Translations under genes and position numbers: made by a program
The notes under the pieces: generated by a model
The model's input: only the letters and a program-made list of their open reading frames with translations
Databases searched by the model: none
Told to the model about the DNA's origin: nothing
Assembly: GCA_965261735.1 (NCBI GenBank)
Contig: OZ253470.1
Coordinates: 1,952,001 to 2,016,000, forward strand
Length of the DNA: 64,000 nt
Direction: 5' to 3'
Source: Alphaproteobacteria bacterium
GTDB taxonomy: Bacteria > Pseudomonadota > Alphaproteobacteria > SHVV01
Part shown: positions 53,748 to 64,000 of the stretch, in pieces
Layout of the letters: every line of letters begins with the position of its first letter
Numbering within the stretch: position 1 is the stretch's first letter

Positions 53748-54482
53748 GTGGCGGAATCTCATAGTCCTCTCGAACAATTCACCATCGAGCGCTGGGTGCC
53801 GATGAAGATCGGCGGCGTCGACGTTTCGCTCACCAACTCGGGCGCCTGGATGGTCATTGCGGTAGCGTTGATCACGCTCTTCCTGACCGCGAGCATGCGC
53901 GGGCGGCACATGGTGCCGAACCGATGGCAGTCCGTCACCGAACTCTCCTACGAGTTCATCGCCAACCTCTTGCGCGACAACGTGGGCAGCGAGGGGCGCC
54001 GCTATTTCCCGTTCATCTTCTCGCTGTTCATGTTCATCCTGTTCGCCAATACCCTCGGCCTCGTCCCCTATAGCTTCACGCCGACGAGCCACATTGTCGT
54101 GACTTTCTCCATGGCGATCTTCGTGTTCGTCGGGGTCACCCTGATCGGCATCGCGCGCCACGGGTTTCGGTTCCTCACCCTGTTCCTGCCGCAGGGCATT
54201 CCGGTCGCGCTGGCGCCGCTCCTGGTGGTGATCGAGCTCATCTCGTATCTAGCGCGCCCGGTGACCCTGTCACTGCGGCTGTTCGCCAACATGATGGCCG
54301 GTCACACGCTGCTCAAGGTGTTCGGCGGATTCGTCGTCGCCCTCGGGTTCGCCGGCATCGCCCCGCTCGTCTTTACGGTGGCGCTCTATGGACTCGAGGT
54401 CATCGTCGTCTTCCTGCAGGCCTACGTGTTCACGGTGCTGACCTGCCTCTACCTCAACGACGCTCTCCACTTGCACCACTGA
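53748..54482 (+). CDS. atpB: F0 ATP synthase subunit a
   Basis: VPNRWQ, LSLRLFANMMAGH and LQAYVF. Confidence 0.95.
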   Translation: MAESHSPLEQFTIERWVPMKIGGVDVSLTNSGAWMVIAVALITLFLTASMRGRHMVPNRWQSVTELSYEFIANLLRDNVGSEGRRYFPFIFSLFMFILFANTLGLVPYSFTPTSHIVVTFSMAIFVFVGVTLIGIARHGFRFLTLFLPQGIPVALAPLLVVIELISYLARPVTLSLRLFANMMAGHTLLKVFGGFVVALGFAGIAPLVFTVALYGLEVIVVFLQAYVFTVLTCLYLNDALHLHH

Positions 54483-54535
54483 GTACGCCCCGCTTCGCTC
54501 TACCCTGTCGCTACAACCACGAGAGGACCCTGATC

Positions 54536-54760
54536 ATGGATGTTGAAGCAGCGAGAATGATTGGCGCCGGGCTGGCAACGATCGGCTTGGCCGGCGTTGG
54601 CATCGGCATCGGCATTATCTTCGGCGACTACGTTTCGGCCGGCATTCGAAATCCGGCCGCCGCGCCGGGCATGTTCGGCAACGTGCTGCTGGGCTTTGCC
54701 CTGACCGAGGCGGTTGCGCTCTACGCGCTCGTCATCGCCTTCCTCATCCTGTTCGGATAG
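54536..54760 (+). CDS. atpE: F0 ATP synthase subunit c
   Basis: GxGxG repeats, RNP and ALTEA. Confidence 0.95.
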   Translation: MDVEAARMIGAGLATIGLAGVGIGIGIIFGDYVSAGIRNPAAAPGMFGNVLLGFALTEAVALYALVIAFLILFG

Positions 54761-54806
54761 GCCAAAGGGCTTCGGAGAAGCTAACAGGCCGCTCGCGGAG
54801 GGCCGC

Positions 54807-55295
54807 ATGCCGCAGCTCATCGTTCCCGACTTCGCGCCGCAGATCGTGTGGCTGGTGATCACCTTCGCCGCGCTCTACCTGATCATGGCGCGGGTCGCGC
54901 TGCCGCGAATCGCCGAGGTGCTCGAGGAGCGCCAAGACCGCATCACCGATGACCTCGAGCGGGCCGAATCGCTGAAGGAGGAGGCCGAGCGCGCGGTCGC
55001 CGAGTACGAGGCGGCGCTGGACAAGGCGCGCGCCGAGGCGCAGGCCATCGCCCAGGCCGCGCGCGATACGCTGGTGGCCGAGATGGACAAGCGACGATCC
55101 GAGGTCGAGGGCGACTTGGCGGCCCGGGCCGGCGAAGCCGAGGCGCGAATCGGCACGGCGCGGCGCGGCGCCTTGTCGGCGATCGCCGAAGTCGCGGCCG
55201 ACGGGGCTATCGCGGCCACCGTGCGCTTGATCGGCGTCGAGCGTGACCGCGAGGCAGCGGCGGCCGCGGTTGCCGCGGAGACCAGCGTTGGCTGA
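54807..55295 (+). CDS. F0 ATP synthase subunit b'
   Basis: MPQL...QIVWLVITFAALY...ALPRI. Confidence 0.9.
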   Translation: MPQLIVPDFAPQIVWLVITFAALYLIMARVALPRIAEVLEERQDRITDDLERAESLKEEAERAVAEYEAALDKARAEAQAIAQAARDTLVAEMDKRRSEVEGDLAARAGEAEARIGTARRGALSAIAEVAADGAIAATVRLIGVERDREAAAAAVAAETSVG

Positions 55296-55779
55296 GTTGT
55301 TCGCCGACGCGGAATTCTGGGTCGCGGTCGCCTTCGTCATCTTCTTCGCGGCCGTCGGCCGGCTCGCGTTCACCCGCATCACCGCGGCGCTCGACGGTCG
55401 CAGTGCCCGTATCAAGAACGAGCTCGACGAGGCAATGCGCCTGCGCGAAGAGGCCCAGGCCCTGCTCGCGAGCTACCAGCGCAAGCAACGCGACGCGGCT
55501 CGCCAAGCCGAGGAGATCATCGAGCACGCGCGCGAGGAGACGAAGAGAGCTGCGGAACAGGCGGCGCAGGACTTCGATGCCGAGATCGCGCGGCGCGCGC
55601 AGCAGTCGCTTGACCGCATCGCACTGGCCGAGGCGCGGGCGCTACAGGACGTGCGCGATGCCGCCGCCACCCTGGCCATCGCGGCGACACGGCGGCTCAT
55701 CGTCGAGTCCCTCGACGAGAAGCGGGCCGACGCGCTGGTCGACGATGCGCTGGCCGAGGTCGCCGACAAGCTGCACTAA
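55288..55779 (+). CDS. atpF: F0 ATP synthase subunit b
   Basis: EFWVAVAFVIF...LDGRSARIKNELDEA. Confidence 0.9.
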   Translation: MAELFADAEFWVAVAFVIFFAAVGRLAFTRITAALDGRSARIKNELDEAMRLREEAQALLASYQRKQRDAARQAEEIIEHAREETKRAAEQAAQDFDAEIARRAQQSLDRIALAEARALQDVRDAAATLAIAATRRLIVESLDEKRADALVDDALAEVADKLH

Positions 55780-57152
55780 CAGGCTGCTGAAAAAGTCATC
55801 ATTGCCGGGCCTTGAACTCGGATTCATCGCCGAAATGAAATGAGATTTCGTGTCTTAGGGTGAAACCGTCTTCAATCTCGACCGATCCGATGCCCTGGGC
55901 TTCGTCCAGTTCGATGATCTGCCACTTTGCGGTCAGCGGCGTGCCGGCATCGCCCGTCATGTTGGCGCCTCCGCCAGCAGTCTGGGTAGTCGGACGAGGT
56001 TATAGGCGGCCAAGGCCAGGGTGAACGAAGCGTCGACCCGGTGGCGGCCCCGGAATTTGGTCTTGCTCAATCCCGCGCTCGTCTTGACCCAGCCGAAGAC
56101 CTCCTCGATGCGCTTGCGGCAACGTTGGCTGACGCCGTAACCGGGATGGCGCGTCGTGCGCCCGTCTATCTTGGTCTTGCGCCGCTTGCCGGTCTTGGTG
56201 ACGTGGTCCTGGACGGCGATATGGGGGGTCACCTTGCGGTGCCGCAGTTCCTCGACAAAATCCGCGACGTCAAAACCCTTGTCCCCGCCCACCGTGATCC
56301 GACGCCGCCCGCCTCTACTCTCCACCGGGCGATGCCTGTCGATCAGATCAAGGGCGGCTTCGCGTTCCGCCGTGCCCGACGCAATGGTCACGCCGCCGCC
56401 GACTGCCAGACCATGGCGGTTCTCCGTCAGCGCATGGCCCATGTAACACAGCTTGCTTTCCCGGCCATTACCCTTGCGATAAAGCCGGGCGTCCGGATCA
56501 GTGGTGCTTGCATGGGTCGCGTTCGAGCGTTTCTCGCCATGAAAATCCCGCGCGGCGTTGCGCCCCGATCCCCCGTCGCCATCGTCCTCACCTTTGGGAC
56601 GAAAGCTCTTCATCGACGCCCAGGCCTCGATCAATGTTCCGTCTACCGAAAAATGATCCCGGCTCAATAGTCCCCCTACCTTGTGGTGCTGGATAACCCC
56701 CGCAAGCAGCTGCCCCGAAACCTCCGCCTCCAGAAGACGGTCCCGGTTGTGGCAGAACGCGCTGGCGTCCCACACGCCATCGTCCAGCCCAAGCCCCACA
56801 AACCAGCAAAACAGCATGTTGAAGTTTAGCTGCTCCATCAGCTGACGCTCCGAGCGGATCGAATAAAACGCCTGCAACAGTAACGCTCGAAGAAGCTTCT
56901 CCGGCGGGATCGATGGGCGACCCATGTGGGAATAAAGCGTCTCGAACTCCGAAGATAGAGACCCCAATACGTCGTTCACGATCTCACGGATCAGACGCAG
57001 CGGATGATCATCCGGAACACGCTCTTCCAAGTCTACGTAGCTGAATAAATTGCCACTGCTTTGATCTCGACCCCGCATGCCATCCTCCATCACTCGAAGA
57101 AATCACAGAATCATGTCACAACTGCAAAGGCGAGGACTTTTTCAGCAGCCTG
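55780..57152 (-). mobile_element. IS5-family element, complete, transposase 55957..57093, CTAA target duplication
   Basis: IRs CAGGCTGCTGAAAAAGTC and GACTTTTTCAGCAGCCTG, CTAA at 55776-55779 and 57153-57156, VDGT, GDKGFD and RKRIEEVFGW. Confidence 0.93.
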
Positions 57153-57176
57153 CTAAACCGCATTCTCGGATCGTTG

Positions 57177-57205
57177 GTAGGGGCGGGTTTGAAACCCGCC
57201 CCTAC
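57177..57205. repeat. GTAG-type REP palindrome
   Basis: GTAGGGGCGGGTTT-G-AAACCCGCCCCTAC is a perfect hairpin between convergent genes. Confidence 0.7.
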
Positions 57206-57235
57206 GCGTTGTGTGCGGGTCGACGCCGCGGGCGC

Positions 57236-58264
57236 CTATAGCATGTAGCGCCGCTCGTCTGCGCTGGCCTGCGCGATGTGGTCGAAGCCGGGCTCACGCT
57301 CGGCATAGAACTCGACCCGCATGCCGTCGGGATCCTCGAGGAAGATGCTGCGCTTGGCCGCGTTGTCGACCTCGCGGTCGATGCCGTGGCCCAGCGCCGC
57401 GAGCCGCTCGGCCGCGGCGGCGAAGTCGGACTCGTCGGCGAGCTCGAGCGAGTTGTGGTGCATGTGCGACTCTTCACCGGACTTGGCCTGAATGAGCGCG
57501 GTATCGTACGCCGAGTTCTTGCCGTGCAGGCACATCCAGCTGCGGTCCGCAGCCTCGGCCGCGACGCCGAGCCCGAGCACGTTGGTGTAGAAGTCGATCA
57601 TCCGCTCCATCTGCTGCACGACCAGGACGATGCGGCTGATGCGGCGGGGCCGGAACGGTGCCCCCGGCACCACCGCCACCGGCGGCGTCGGATCCCAGAA
57701 TGTCTCTTTCGTCGGCTCCTTGGAGAGCGGCTCCCAGCCGCCGCTGATCAAGCCGGTGATGTCACCGCCGAGGATCGAGCGCCAGTCGGTGGTCATGTCG
57801 GCGTACATCTCGTGGAGGAACCCTTCCGGGTCGAAGATGTAGATGCTGTGGGTTGTCTGATGGTCAGTGAGACGGTGTAGCGGGAGGTCGGCCGCGCTCG
57901 CCCGCTTGTACGCTTCAACCAGCTCGTACTCGTTCTCCATCTCCCAGCCGAAATGGTTGAGGCCGGCCTTGAGCCCGCGGCCCTTGTGGAGCTGCACATG
58001 GCCGTCGCGGCCGCGCCTCTCCTGGCCGTCCGGGGAGACCCGCACCAGGCCGTAGTCGTGGTGGGTGTTGCCGTTGCTGATAAAGATCGCCGGAATCGCC
58101 ATCTCGCAGCCAATCTCCTCGACGCCGCACACGTTGGTGTAGAACTCGGCCGAGCGGAACACGTCGGTGACGAAGACGTTGGCGTGACCGATGCGCCGTG
58201 GCGAGAATTTGATCGCGGCAAAGGACTCGGCCTTGGGCATGTGGTCCAGATAATTCACGCTCAT
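57236..58264 (-). CDS. Two-domain VOC/glyoxalase (extradiol dioxygenase-like) protein
   Basis: IGHAN, THHD, LNHFGWE, YIFDPEG and FLEDPDGMRVE. Confidence 0.8.
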   Translation of the reverse strand: MSVNYLDHMPKAESFAAIKFSPRRIGHANVFVTDVFRSAEFYTNVCGVEEIGCEMAIPAIFISNGNTHHDYGLVRVSPDGQERRGRDGHVQLHKGRGLKAGLNHFGWEMENEYELVEAYKRASAADLPLHRLTDHQTTHSIYIFDPEGFLHEMYADMTTDWRSILGGDITGLISGGWEPLSKEPTKETFWDPTPPVAVVPGAPFRPRRISRIVLVVQQMERMIDFYTNVLGLGVAAEAADRSWMCLHGKNSAYDTALIQAKSGEESHMHHNSLELADESDFAAAAERLAALGHGIDREVDNAAKRSIFLEDPDGMRVEFYAEREPGFDHIAQASADERRYML

Positions 58265-58389
58265 CGTCCATCCTCCAGAATTTCGGGGTCACGCCGTGGT
58301 CGGCGGCAGGCGCTCGCGCCGCGCCTCTTGATGCCGCCATTATGGGGCGCCGGTCGGCGTTGTCCAGCCGCGCCTGCACCGACCAGCGC

Positions 58390-58423
58390 AAAAAAAGACG
58401 GCGGCTCCAAGGAACCGCCGTCT
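58390..58423 (-). terminator. Rho-independent terminator
   Basis: AGACGGCGG-loop-CCGCCGTC followed by a T-run on the minus strand. Confidence 0.8.
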
Positions 58424-58575
58424 GGGTCCGTAGAGGGGGGATCTACGAGACCGGCGCTGCCCGCAACGGCCGGGGAGACCGCAATGAAACAGCGCGAGCG
58501 TGCTGCCTCAGGTTGGGGTCGGTGCGGGCCGCCGTTGACCGGCCGCTCTCCCCACCTCACCCGAAGCCTTACATC
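58390..58575 (-). ncRNA. Candidate sigma54-dependent small RNA
   Basis: Bounded by a -24/-12 promoter and a terminator, with a hairpin carrying a C-rich loop and no convincing ORF. Confidence 0.45.
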
Positions 58576-58585
58576 GGTGTATTTA

Positions 58586-58602
58586 AGCAATTACCACGCC
58601 AA
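58586..58602 (-). promoter_or_regulatory. Sigma54 -24/-12 promoter
   Basis: Minus strand TTGGCGTGGTAATTGCT, with an IHF-like TTTCAATGGTTTA at 58620-58632. Confidence 0.6.
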
Positions 58603-58856
58603 CCTTTATTTCTCCTTTATTTCAATGGTTTAGGTCCGCCGCGCCGGGGCGGCGTCGCACCGAGTGTAAATATTTCTGACGCTCGGGCGCGAGCCCCATG
58701 GCGGCGATCGACGCCTAAGTCCCTTTCACGAAGCGTTTTTTCCGTAGCGCGGCCATAATCGGTCGGGTGTAGGCGAGCTTTACACAATGGGGCGACCGCA
58801 CGCGCCTCAATGGCCTCGGGCGGGCGGAGAACGGGGTGGGCCCGCGCTCCGGGCGG

Positions 58857-60359
58857 CTACTCGGCGGCCGCGCTCGGCGCCGGCGGGTGCCAGCGCAGGA
58901 CCGGACGGCGCGCGGCGCGGGCCTCGTCGAGCCGACGCCGCGGCGCGAAGCGCGGCGCTTCAGTAAATCTTTCGGTATCGCCCTCGGCGGCACTCTTGGC
59001 GAGGGCCCGCAGCGTCGCGATGAAGTGGTCGAGACTCTCCTTCGACTCGCTCTCCGTCGGCTCCGTGAGCAGCGCGCCGTGGACGACGAGCGGAAAATAG
59101 ATGGTCATCGGATGGTAGCCCTCGTCGATCATCGCCTTCGCGAAGTCGAGCGTCGTGACCCCGCTTCCCGTGAGGAAGCGATCGTCGAACAGCGCCTCGT
59201 GCATGCAAGGCCCGGAATAAGCCGGCGTCATGACATCGCCGAGCCGCACCATCACGTAGTTGGCCGCGAGCACCGCGTCCTCCGCAACCTGCCTGAGCCC
59301 GTCCGCACCGTGGCTCATCATGTAGGCGAGCGCGCGCACGAACATGCCCATCTGGCCGTGGAAGCCCTTCATGCGGCCGAACGATTCACCCTCGGCGTGC
59401 TCGACCAGGGTCAATCCGTGCGCATCGCGCGCCACCCACGGTACTGGGGCGTAGGGCGCCAGCGCCGCCGAGAACGCCACCGGGCCGCTACCGGGCCCGC
59501 CGCCGCCATGCGGCGTCGAGAAGGTCTTGTGGAGATTGAGGTGCATGGCGTCGACGCCGAGATCGCCGGGCCGCACGCGACCGACGAGCGCGTTGAAGTT
59601 GGCGCCGTCGCAGTAGAGGAAAGCGCCGGCCGCGTGCGTCGCCTCGGCGACCTCGAGGATCTCGTTCTCGAACAGTCCGCACGTGTTGGGGTTGGTCAGC
59701 ATGATCGCGGCGACGTCGGGGCCGAGCTTGGCCCTGACGGCCCCAAGATCGATGCGTCCCCGTTTGTCGCTTGGCACCGAATCGACGGTGTAGCCGCAGT
59801 GCGCCGCCGTGGCCGGGTTCGTGCCATGCGCCGAATCGGGCGCGAGCACGCGCGAGCGCGCATCGCCGCGGTCCTCGAGGGCGGCTCGGATCGCCATCAT
59901 GCCGCACAGCTCGCCGTGGGCGCCGGCGGCCGGGGCCATCGCCACCGCGGGCATACCCGTCAGCGTCTTGAGCCAGCCGCCGAGCGCGTCGATGAGGCCG
60001 AGCGCGCCCTGCACGGTCGAGACCGGCTGCAGCGGGTGTATGTCGGCGAAACCGGGGAGCCGGGCGAGCGCCTCGCCGAGCCGCGGATTGTGCTTCATCG
60101 TGCACGAGCCGAGCGGGTACAGGCCGGCGTCGATGGCGTAGTTCATCCGGCTCAGGCGCACGAAATGACGAACGACCTGGGGCTCGGCGAGCCCCGGCAA
60201 CTCGACCGGCCGGTGGCGGCCGAGCCCACCGAGACGCTCGGCAAACGGCATCGGCTCCGGGACATCGACGCCGCTGCGGCCCGGCTTGTGCTGCTCGAAG
60301 AGCAGGGGCTCCTCGAGATCGAGGCCGCGGTTGCCGGAAAAGGTTGCGGGCGCCGCCAT
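58857..60359 (-). CDS. gcvPB: Glycine dehydrogenase (decarboxylating) subunit 2
   Basis: YPLGSCTMKHNP, AHGTNPA and LNLHKTFSTPHGGGGPG. Confidence 0.95.
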   Translation of the reverse strand: MAAPATFSGNRGLDLEEPLLFEQHKPGRSGVDVPEPMPFAERLGGLGRHRPVELPGLAEPQVVRHFVRLSRMNYAIDAGLYPLGSCTMKHNPRLGEALARLPGFADIHPLQPVSTVQGALGLIDALGGWLKTLTGMPAVAMAPAAGAHGELCGMMAIRAALEDRGDARSRVLAPDSAHGTNPATAAHCGYTVDSVPSDKRGRIDLGAVRAKLGPDVAAIMLTNPNTCGLFENEILEVAEATHAAGAFLYCDGANFNALVGRVRPGDLGVDAMHLNLHKTFSTPHGGGGPGSGPVAFSAALAPYAPVPWVARDAHGLTLVEHAEGESFGRMKGFHGQMGMFVRALAYMMSHGADGLRQVAEDAVLAANYVMVRLGDVMTPAYSGPCMHEALFDDRFLTGSGVTTLDFAKAMIDEGYHPMTIYFPLVVHGALLTEPTESESKESLDHFIATLRALAKSAAEGDTERFTEAPRFAPRRRLDEARAARRPVLRWHPPAPSAAAE

Positions 60360-61702
60360 CACAGGACCTCGCGCAGGCCGGCGGCGAGGGTGTCGATGTC
60401 GGCCGCCGTCGTCATTTCGGTTGCCGCGACCAGCAGCAGATCGGCGAGCTCGGGCAGGTCCGGGTAGAGCCTGGAGACCGGCACGCCGGCAAGAATACCG
60501 CGCGCCGCCAGGGCCTCGACCGCGGGCGCGGCAGGGCCCGCGAGACGCACCGTCAGCTCGTTGAAGAAGCTCTCGTTGAGGACCTCGACGCCGGGCACCC
60601 CGGCGAGCGCATCGGCGAGTGCAACCGCGGCGGCGTGGTTGGCGCGGGCGAGTCGCTCGAGCCCTTCGCCGCCCAGCAGCGCCATGTGAATACAGAAGGC
60701 CAACGCGCACAGGCCCGAGTTGGTGCAGATGTTGCTCGTCGCCTTTTCGCGGCGGATGTGCTGCTCGCGCGTGGCCAACGTCAGCACGTAGCCGCGCCGC
60801 CCGTCGGCGTCCACGGTCTCGCCGCACAGGCGTCCCGGCATCTGGCGGGCGTAGGCCACGCGGGTGGCGAACAGGCCGAGATGGGGGCCACCGAAATTGA
60901 GCGAATTGCCGATCGGCTGGCCCTCCCCGGCGACGATGTCGGCACCCATCTCGCCCGGCGGCACGACGGCGCCGAGGGCGACCGGCTCGGTCACGACGAC
61001 GATCAACAGCGCGCCCGCGCCGTGGCACGCCGCGGCGAGCGGACGCAGATCGCACAGGCGGCCGAACATGTCGGGGTACTGAACGACCACGCACGAGATC
61101 GCGTCGTCGATGCGGGCGCCGAAGTCCTCGACGCCGCGCCAGTCGGGAGGCTCGAGCTCCACCGCGAGGTTCATGAAGGTGGCCGCCGTGCGCGTCACCT
61201 CGCGGTAGTGCGCGTGCAGTCCACCGGACAGGATCGCGGAGCGCCGCTTGTTGAGGCGGTGCGCCATCAACACGGCCTCGGCGCAGGCCGTGGCGCCGTC
61301 GTACATCGAGGCGTTGGCCACCTCCATGCCGGTGATGACGGCGACCTGGGTTTGAAACTCGAACAGATACTGCAGCGTCCCTTGGCTGATCTCGGGCTGG
61401 TAGGGCGTATAGGAAGTGAGGAACTCGCTGCGTTGAATGAGATGGTCGACCGCGGCCGGCACGTGGTGGCGATAGGCGCCGGCGCCGAGGAAAAAGGGTG
61501 CCGAGCCGGCCGTGATGCTGTCCGCCGCGTACGCGGCGATGGAGCGGCCGACGTTCATCTCATCGGCGTGGAGCGGGAGGTCGAGCAGCCCGTCGAGGCG
61601 AGCACCTTCGGGCACGTCGCAAAACAGCTCGTCGATCGATGCCGCACCGACGGCGGCCAGCATGTCTTGGCGGTCGGCATCGGTCAGCGGCAGGTAGCGC
61701 AT
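60359..61702 (-). CDS. gcvPA: Glycine dehydrogenase subunit 1
   Basis: [13 protein letters not shown] and [17 protein letters not shown]. Confidence 0.95.
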   Translation of the reverse strand: MRYLPLTDADRQDMLAAVGAASIDELFCDVPEGARLDGLLDLPLHADEMNVGRSIAAYAADSITAGSAPFFLGAGAYRHHVPAAVDHLIQRSEFLTSYTPYQPEISQGTLQYLFEFQTQVAVITGMEVANASMYDGATACAEAVLMAHRLNKRRSAILSGGLHAHYREVTRTAATFMNLAVELEPPDWRGVEDFGARIDDAISCVVVQYPDMFGRLCDLRPLAAACHGAGALLIVVVTEPVALGAVVPPGEMGADIVAGEGQPIGNSLNFGGPHLGLFATRVAYARQMPGRLCGETVDADGRRGYVLTLATREQHIRREKATSNICTNSGLCALAFCIHMALLGGEGLERLARANHAAAVALADALAGVPGVEVLNESFFNELTVRLAGPAAPAVEALAARGILAGVPVSRLYPDLPELADLLLVAATEMTTAADIDTLAAGLREVL

Positions 61703-62079
61703 CACTCGAGCTCCTCGATGAAGGCCGTGTACGCGGCTTCGTTCATCAGTTCGTCGAGCTGGCCCGCCTCCGAAATCTTGAGCTTGAAGAACCATCCCTG
61801 GTCGGTGGGCGATGCATTCACCAGCTCCGGGCGCTCGTTGAGAGCCTCGTTGGTCGCCACCACCTCGCCGCTCACCGGCGCGTAGACCTCGCTCGCGGCC
61901 TTGACCGATTCCACCACGGCCGCCTCGTCGCCCATTGCCATCACCGCGCCCTGAGGCGGGAGCTCGACATACACGATGTCGCCGAGTTGGCCCTGCGCGT
62001 AGTCGCTGATGCCGACCGTGCCGACGTCGCCTTCCACGTTGATCCACTCGTGCTCCTTGGTGAACCAGACCTCGCTCAT
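61702..62079 (-). CDS. gcvH: Glycine cleavage system H protein
   Basis: HEW, GISDYAQ and the ESVKA lipoyl site. Confidence 0.95.
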   Translation of the reverse strand: MSEVWFTKEHEWINVEGDVGTVGISDYAQGQLGDIVYVELPPQGAVMAMGDEAAVVESVKAASEVYAPVSGEVVATNEALNERPELVNASPTDQGWFFKLKISEAGQLDELMNEAAYTAFIEELE

Positions 62080-62104
62080 GTACTCCTCCTCACTCGGTTC
62101 CGAT

Positions 62105-63211
62105 TTACGTTTTGGCGTAGCGGTGCGGGACGAACGGCAGGGCCACGACCCGGCCGGGATGGGTTCGCCCCCTGACGCGGAGACCGACCTCGGTACCGGT
62201 CGCCGCGAACGCGCTTTGGACGTAGCCCATGGCTATGGGTGCCCCGAGAGTCGGCGCGAAGCCGCCGCTCGTGACCTCGCCGATCAGCTCGCCCGAGCTC
62301 GCGAGAATGGGGCTGTGTTCGCGTGCCGGGGCCCGGCCCTCGGGTCGGATGCCGACGCGACGGCGCGCCGGCCCCTCGGCGAGCTGCGCGCGAACGACAT
62401 CGGCGCCCGGGAAGTCGCCGGCCTCGCGGCGGCGCTTGGCGATGGTCCATTGCAGCACCGCTTCCACGGGCGTCGTGGTCGTATCGATGTCGTGGCCATA
62501 GAGGCACAGCCCGGCCTCGAGGCGGAGCGAATCGCGGGCACCGAGACCCGCGGGCGCGACCTCGGGCTCATCGAGGAGACGCCGCGCCACCTCGATAGCG
62601 TTTTCCGCCGCTAGCGAAATCTCGAAGCCATCCTCGCCGGTATAGCCGGAGCGGCTCGCCACGCACGGGGCGCCCGCAATCTCGACATGCGCCGTTGACA
62701 TGAAGGCGAGGGCGGCTGCGGCCGGCGCATGCCGCGCCATCACCTGCGCCGACGCCGGTCCCTGCAGCGCCAGCAGCCCGCGATCCTCGAGGTGCGAGAG
62801 ATGCGCCCGGCCGGCGAGGCCGCCCTCGATGTGATCGATATCGCCGGCCACGCACGCGGCATTGACCACGAGGTGAAGCCCGTCGGCCTCGCGCGTGACG
62901 ATGAGGTCATCGAGAATGCCGCCGGCGGCATTGGTCAACAGCGTGTAGCGCATGCGGCCCACGGCGAGGCCGCGGATGTCGCCGGGCACCAACGCTTCCA
63001 GCGCCGCAGCCGCGTCCGTGCCCTCAAGGCGCAGCTGCCCCATGTGCGAGACGTCGAACAGGGCGGCTTGGGCGCGCGTGTGGCGGTGCTCGGCCATGAT
63101 GCTGCCCGGGTAGTGCAGCGGCATGTCGAAGCCCGCGAAACTCACCATGCGGGCGCCGAGCTCGAGGTGGAGGGCGTGGGCGGGCGTGACCTTGGCCGGG
63201 GCTTCCGTCAA
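62105..63211 (-). CDS. gcvT: Aminomethyltransferase
   Basis: FDVSHMG, RSGYTGEDGFE and GLGARDSLRLEAG. TTG start inferred. Confidence 0.93.
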   Translation of the reverse strand: MTEAPAKVTPAHALHLELGARMVSFAGFDMPLHYPGSIMAEHRHTRAQAALFDVSHMGQLRLEGTDAAAALEALVPGDIRGLAVGRMRYTLLTNAAGGILDDLIVTREADGLHLVVNAACVAGDIDHIEGGLAGRAHLSHLEDRGLLALQGPASAQVMARHAPAAAALAFMSTAHVEIAGAPCVASRSGYTGEDGFEISLAAENAIEVARRLLDEPEVAPAGLGARDSLRLEAGLCLYGHDIDTTTTPVEAVLQWTIAKRRREAGDFPGADVVRAQLAEGPARRRVGIRPEGRAPAREHSPILASSGELIGEVTSGGFAPTLGAPIAMGYVQSAFAATGTEVGLRVRGRTHPGRVVALPFVPHRYAKT

Positions 63212-63247
63212 ACGGACCTCCTCTGTCGCCGACGCTTGCGCCGGCAC

Positions 63248-63455
63248 AGCCCCCTCTGTCGTCGGACCTGAAAGATTGACCCGCTGGCGCTCGCGCGCCC
63301 TCGGGCTTGCCCCTTCGGTGAGGCGCGCCGCCAACGGCCTCGCGCCTGCTTTCCAGAGTGCCATCCCCTTGCGGTCCCGGTGCCTGAGAGTTTCCGGGGC
63401 GGTTGCTCCTTCGGCGCCGGCGCAGCGCGAGCAGCCCGCCGGTCTCTCCCGCAAA
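63248..63455 (-). promoter_or_regulatory. Tandem glycine riboswitch
   Basis: Minus strand GGGAGAGA...CGCCGAAGGAGCAA...AAACTCTCAGG and CTCTGGAAAG...CACCGAAGGGGCAA...AATCTTTCAGG upstream of gcvT. Confidence 0.9.
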
Positions 63456-63613
63456 GATCAACTGTATGGTCGGCCGCGCTCATGCACCCGATGACGGCAT
63501 GATAGTGGACCGCCCCGGCGAGTCAACTGAGCCTCACGTCGCAGCACGGCAGCATTGACGCCACGGTATCGACGTTTCACTGTCGCGTCCGTGGCCAGTA
63601 CGCGAGGCGGACG

Positions 63614-64000
63614 ATGACACCGCTTGCCCGGCATATGGCGGTCTATGCCGCCTATCATCGCGACCCGCGCAACCGGCTCACGCATTTTATCGGCGTTCCG
63701 GCGATCGCTTTCGCGATCCTCATTCCCATGGCCTGGGCTCGGACCGACATCGCTGGCGTCACGCTGTCGCTGGCGATGCTGTTCACCGCGGCGGTGCTTG
63801 TCGTGTACCTGTGGTACGACCGCACCCTAGCGTTGGCCGCCATGTGCGCGTTCGCGCCGCTCCTCTTCACTGCCGAGCGGGTGGCGGCGCTCACGCCTTT
63901 CACGGGATGGACCGTGTTCGCCGTCTTTTTCGTCGGCGGCTGGGTGTTCCAGTTGGTGGGACATGCCTTCGAAGGCCGGCGGCCGGCACTGGTCGACAAC
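63614..64000 (+). CDS. DUF962/Mpo1-like membrane protein (runs off the window end)
   Basis: YAAYHRDPRNRLTHFIGVP and GWVFQLVGHAFEGRRPALVDN. Confidence 0.8.
   Translation, partial: MTPLARHMAVYAAYHRDPRNRLTHFIGVPAIAFAILIPMAWARTDIAGVTLSLAMLFTAAVLVVYLWYDRTLALAAMCAFAPLLFTAERVAALTPFTGWTVFAVFFVGGWVFQLVGHAFEGRRPALVDN

Overview
GC-rich alphaproteobacterial chromosome segment in two parts. About 1-39.6 kb is a heavily rearranged accessory mosaic. It holds complete and broken IS elements (IS110/IS1111, IS6, IS256, IS630, IS1595, IS3, IS21, IS1182/IS5-like, IS481), a 5' group II intron fragment, four ParB-methyltransferase relics, a terminase fragment, a type III restriction fragment and some intact cargo genes (membrane protein plus nuclease, LysR/DUF1127, sulfatase, umuDC, ATP synthase zeta subunit). 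About 39.6-64 kb is conserved backbone: glycosyltransferases, LexA-boxed radical SAM gene, DMT transporters, antiporter, rnhB, disrupted ccrM, mutY, DUF721, dsbA, smc, F0 atp genes, an IS5, and a glycine riboswitch with gcvTHP. Main finding: two IS1111-type (IS110 family) elements have guide segments readable in their 3' non-coding regions, and both point at IS6-family elements. Four copies of one sit inside IS6 terminal inverted repeats (target GTTAGTC-TGA-CAATGCC), and a second type sits at the conserved HETVR codons of an IS6 transposase. Other notable features are a phased TCCCTGTT repeat array with a tRNA-like 3' end, a sigma54-dependent sRNA candidate, a doubly mutated ccrM, a catalytically dead pre-truncated UmuD and a LexA box inside an IS1595 end. 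All calls come from reading the sequence; no database searches were run.
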